Of a stretch of DNA of 50,427 nucleotides, positions 50,081 through 50,427 are shown piece after piece. The notes below the pieces were generated by a model. The model had not been told where the DNA came from. It ran no database searches and saw nothing but the letters and a program-made list of their open reading frames with translations. The stretch lies in assembly GCA_010015585.1 (NCBI GenBank), contig ML975171.1. One strand, given 5' to 3'. Both the position numbers and the translations under genes were made by a program. Within the stretch, counting starts at the first letter, position 1. The number at the start of each line of letters is the position of its first letter. Source of the DNA: Eremomyces bilateralis CBS 781.70. Taxonomy: Eukaryota.

Positions 50081-50427
50081 CTGGGTGGCGTGGATGCGGA
50101 GGATTTCCGGAAGGCGGAGAGTGAATGCTGTAAGCAAGGTAGTTATGTGGCGCGAGATCAGGATCAAAACATCACTGTACGATCAGACGATCAGATGAGA
50201 AAAGGGGATCATTTGATTTCCTAATTAGGAAGTATGCACTCGTCGCGAAGATGCTGTTTTTGAGCGATTCAACTATTTCCGTGTTTCCTCCCCATGATTA
50301 GGAATACCTTGATTAATAATCCTACGGGGGGTGATGCTATACTCTAGGATGGGAGAGATCACGTGCTAGCTGCGCTCGTGATGATTTGGGGCAGAAAGGT
50401 TGCCTTTATGCACCACTGGCCTATTTT

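Larger units (their letters stand above)
44524..50427 (+). mobile_element. Non-canonical Helitron (HLE2/Helitron2/FoHeli-like), apparently full length
   Basis: 5' end TCATCACGAGCGTAGC (44524-44539) is inverted at 50369-50384 (15/16). Hairpin 50387-50414 follows, and the sequence ends CTATTTT. The element contains a RepHel gene. Confidence 0.88.

Noticed and set aside
50344..50369. CTAG motifs as a canonical Helitron1 3' end
   Set aside because: No convincing GC hairpin just upstream; the asymmetric IR, hairpin and ATTTT further downstream explain the end better.

Overview
Eukaryotic genomic DNA from a filamentous ascomycete (short GT-AG introns with CTRAC branch sites; Pezizomycotina-type genes). 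Bases 1-39.4 kb are mostly host genes: CASTOR/ACT-domain protein, Stu2/Alp14 (XMAP215), a secreted Thr-rich protein, a laccase, a Trk K+ transporter, a double-MYND protein with a 51-bp repeat, a ~1.9k-aa VPS9-like protein, exopolyphosphatase PPX1, the Pho89-type phosphate permease and an alpha/beta hydrolase. The last 10.5 kb is transposon-rich. (1) A piggyBac-type element (40102-42310, 43-bp TIRs) lacks TTAA flanks. Its transposase is broken by a 5-nt TA-CCA-TA insertion that resembles another transposon's excision footprint, and it sits almost centrally inside a second, unrelated pair of inverted repeats (39932-42463). (2) A single-exon hypothetical gene follows. (3) An apparently complete non-canonical Helitron (HLE2/Helitron2 type, 44524-50427) has asymmetric inverted repeats, a 3' hairpin and an ATTTT end. 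Its RepHel gene contains a 49-nt intron that appears to have arisen from tandem duplication of its own exon sequence. All calls come from reading the sequence and motifs by eye; no database searches were run.
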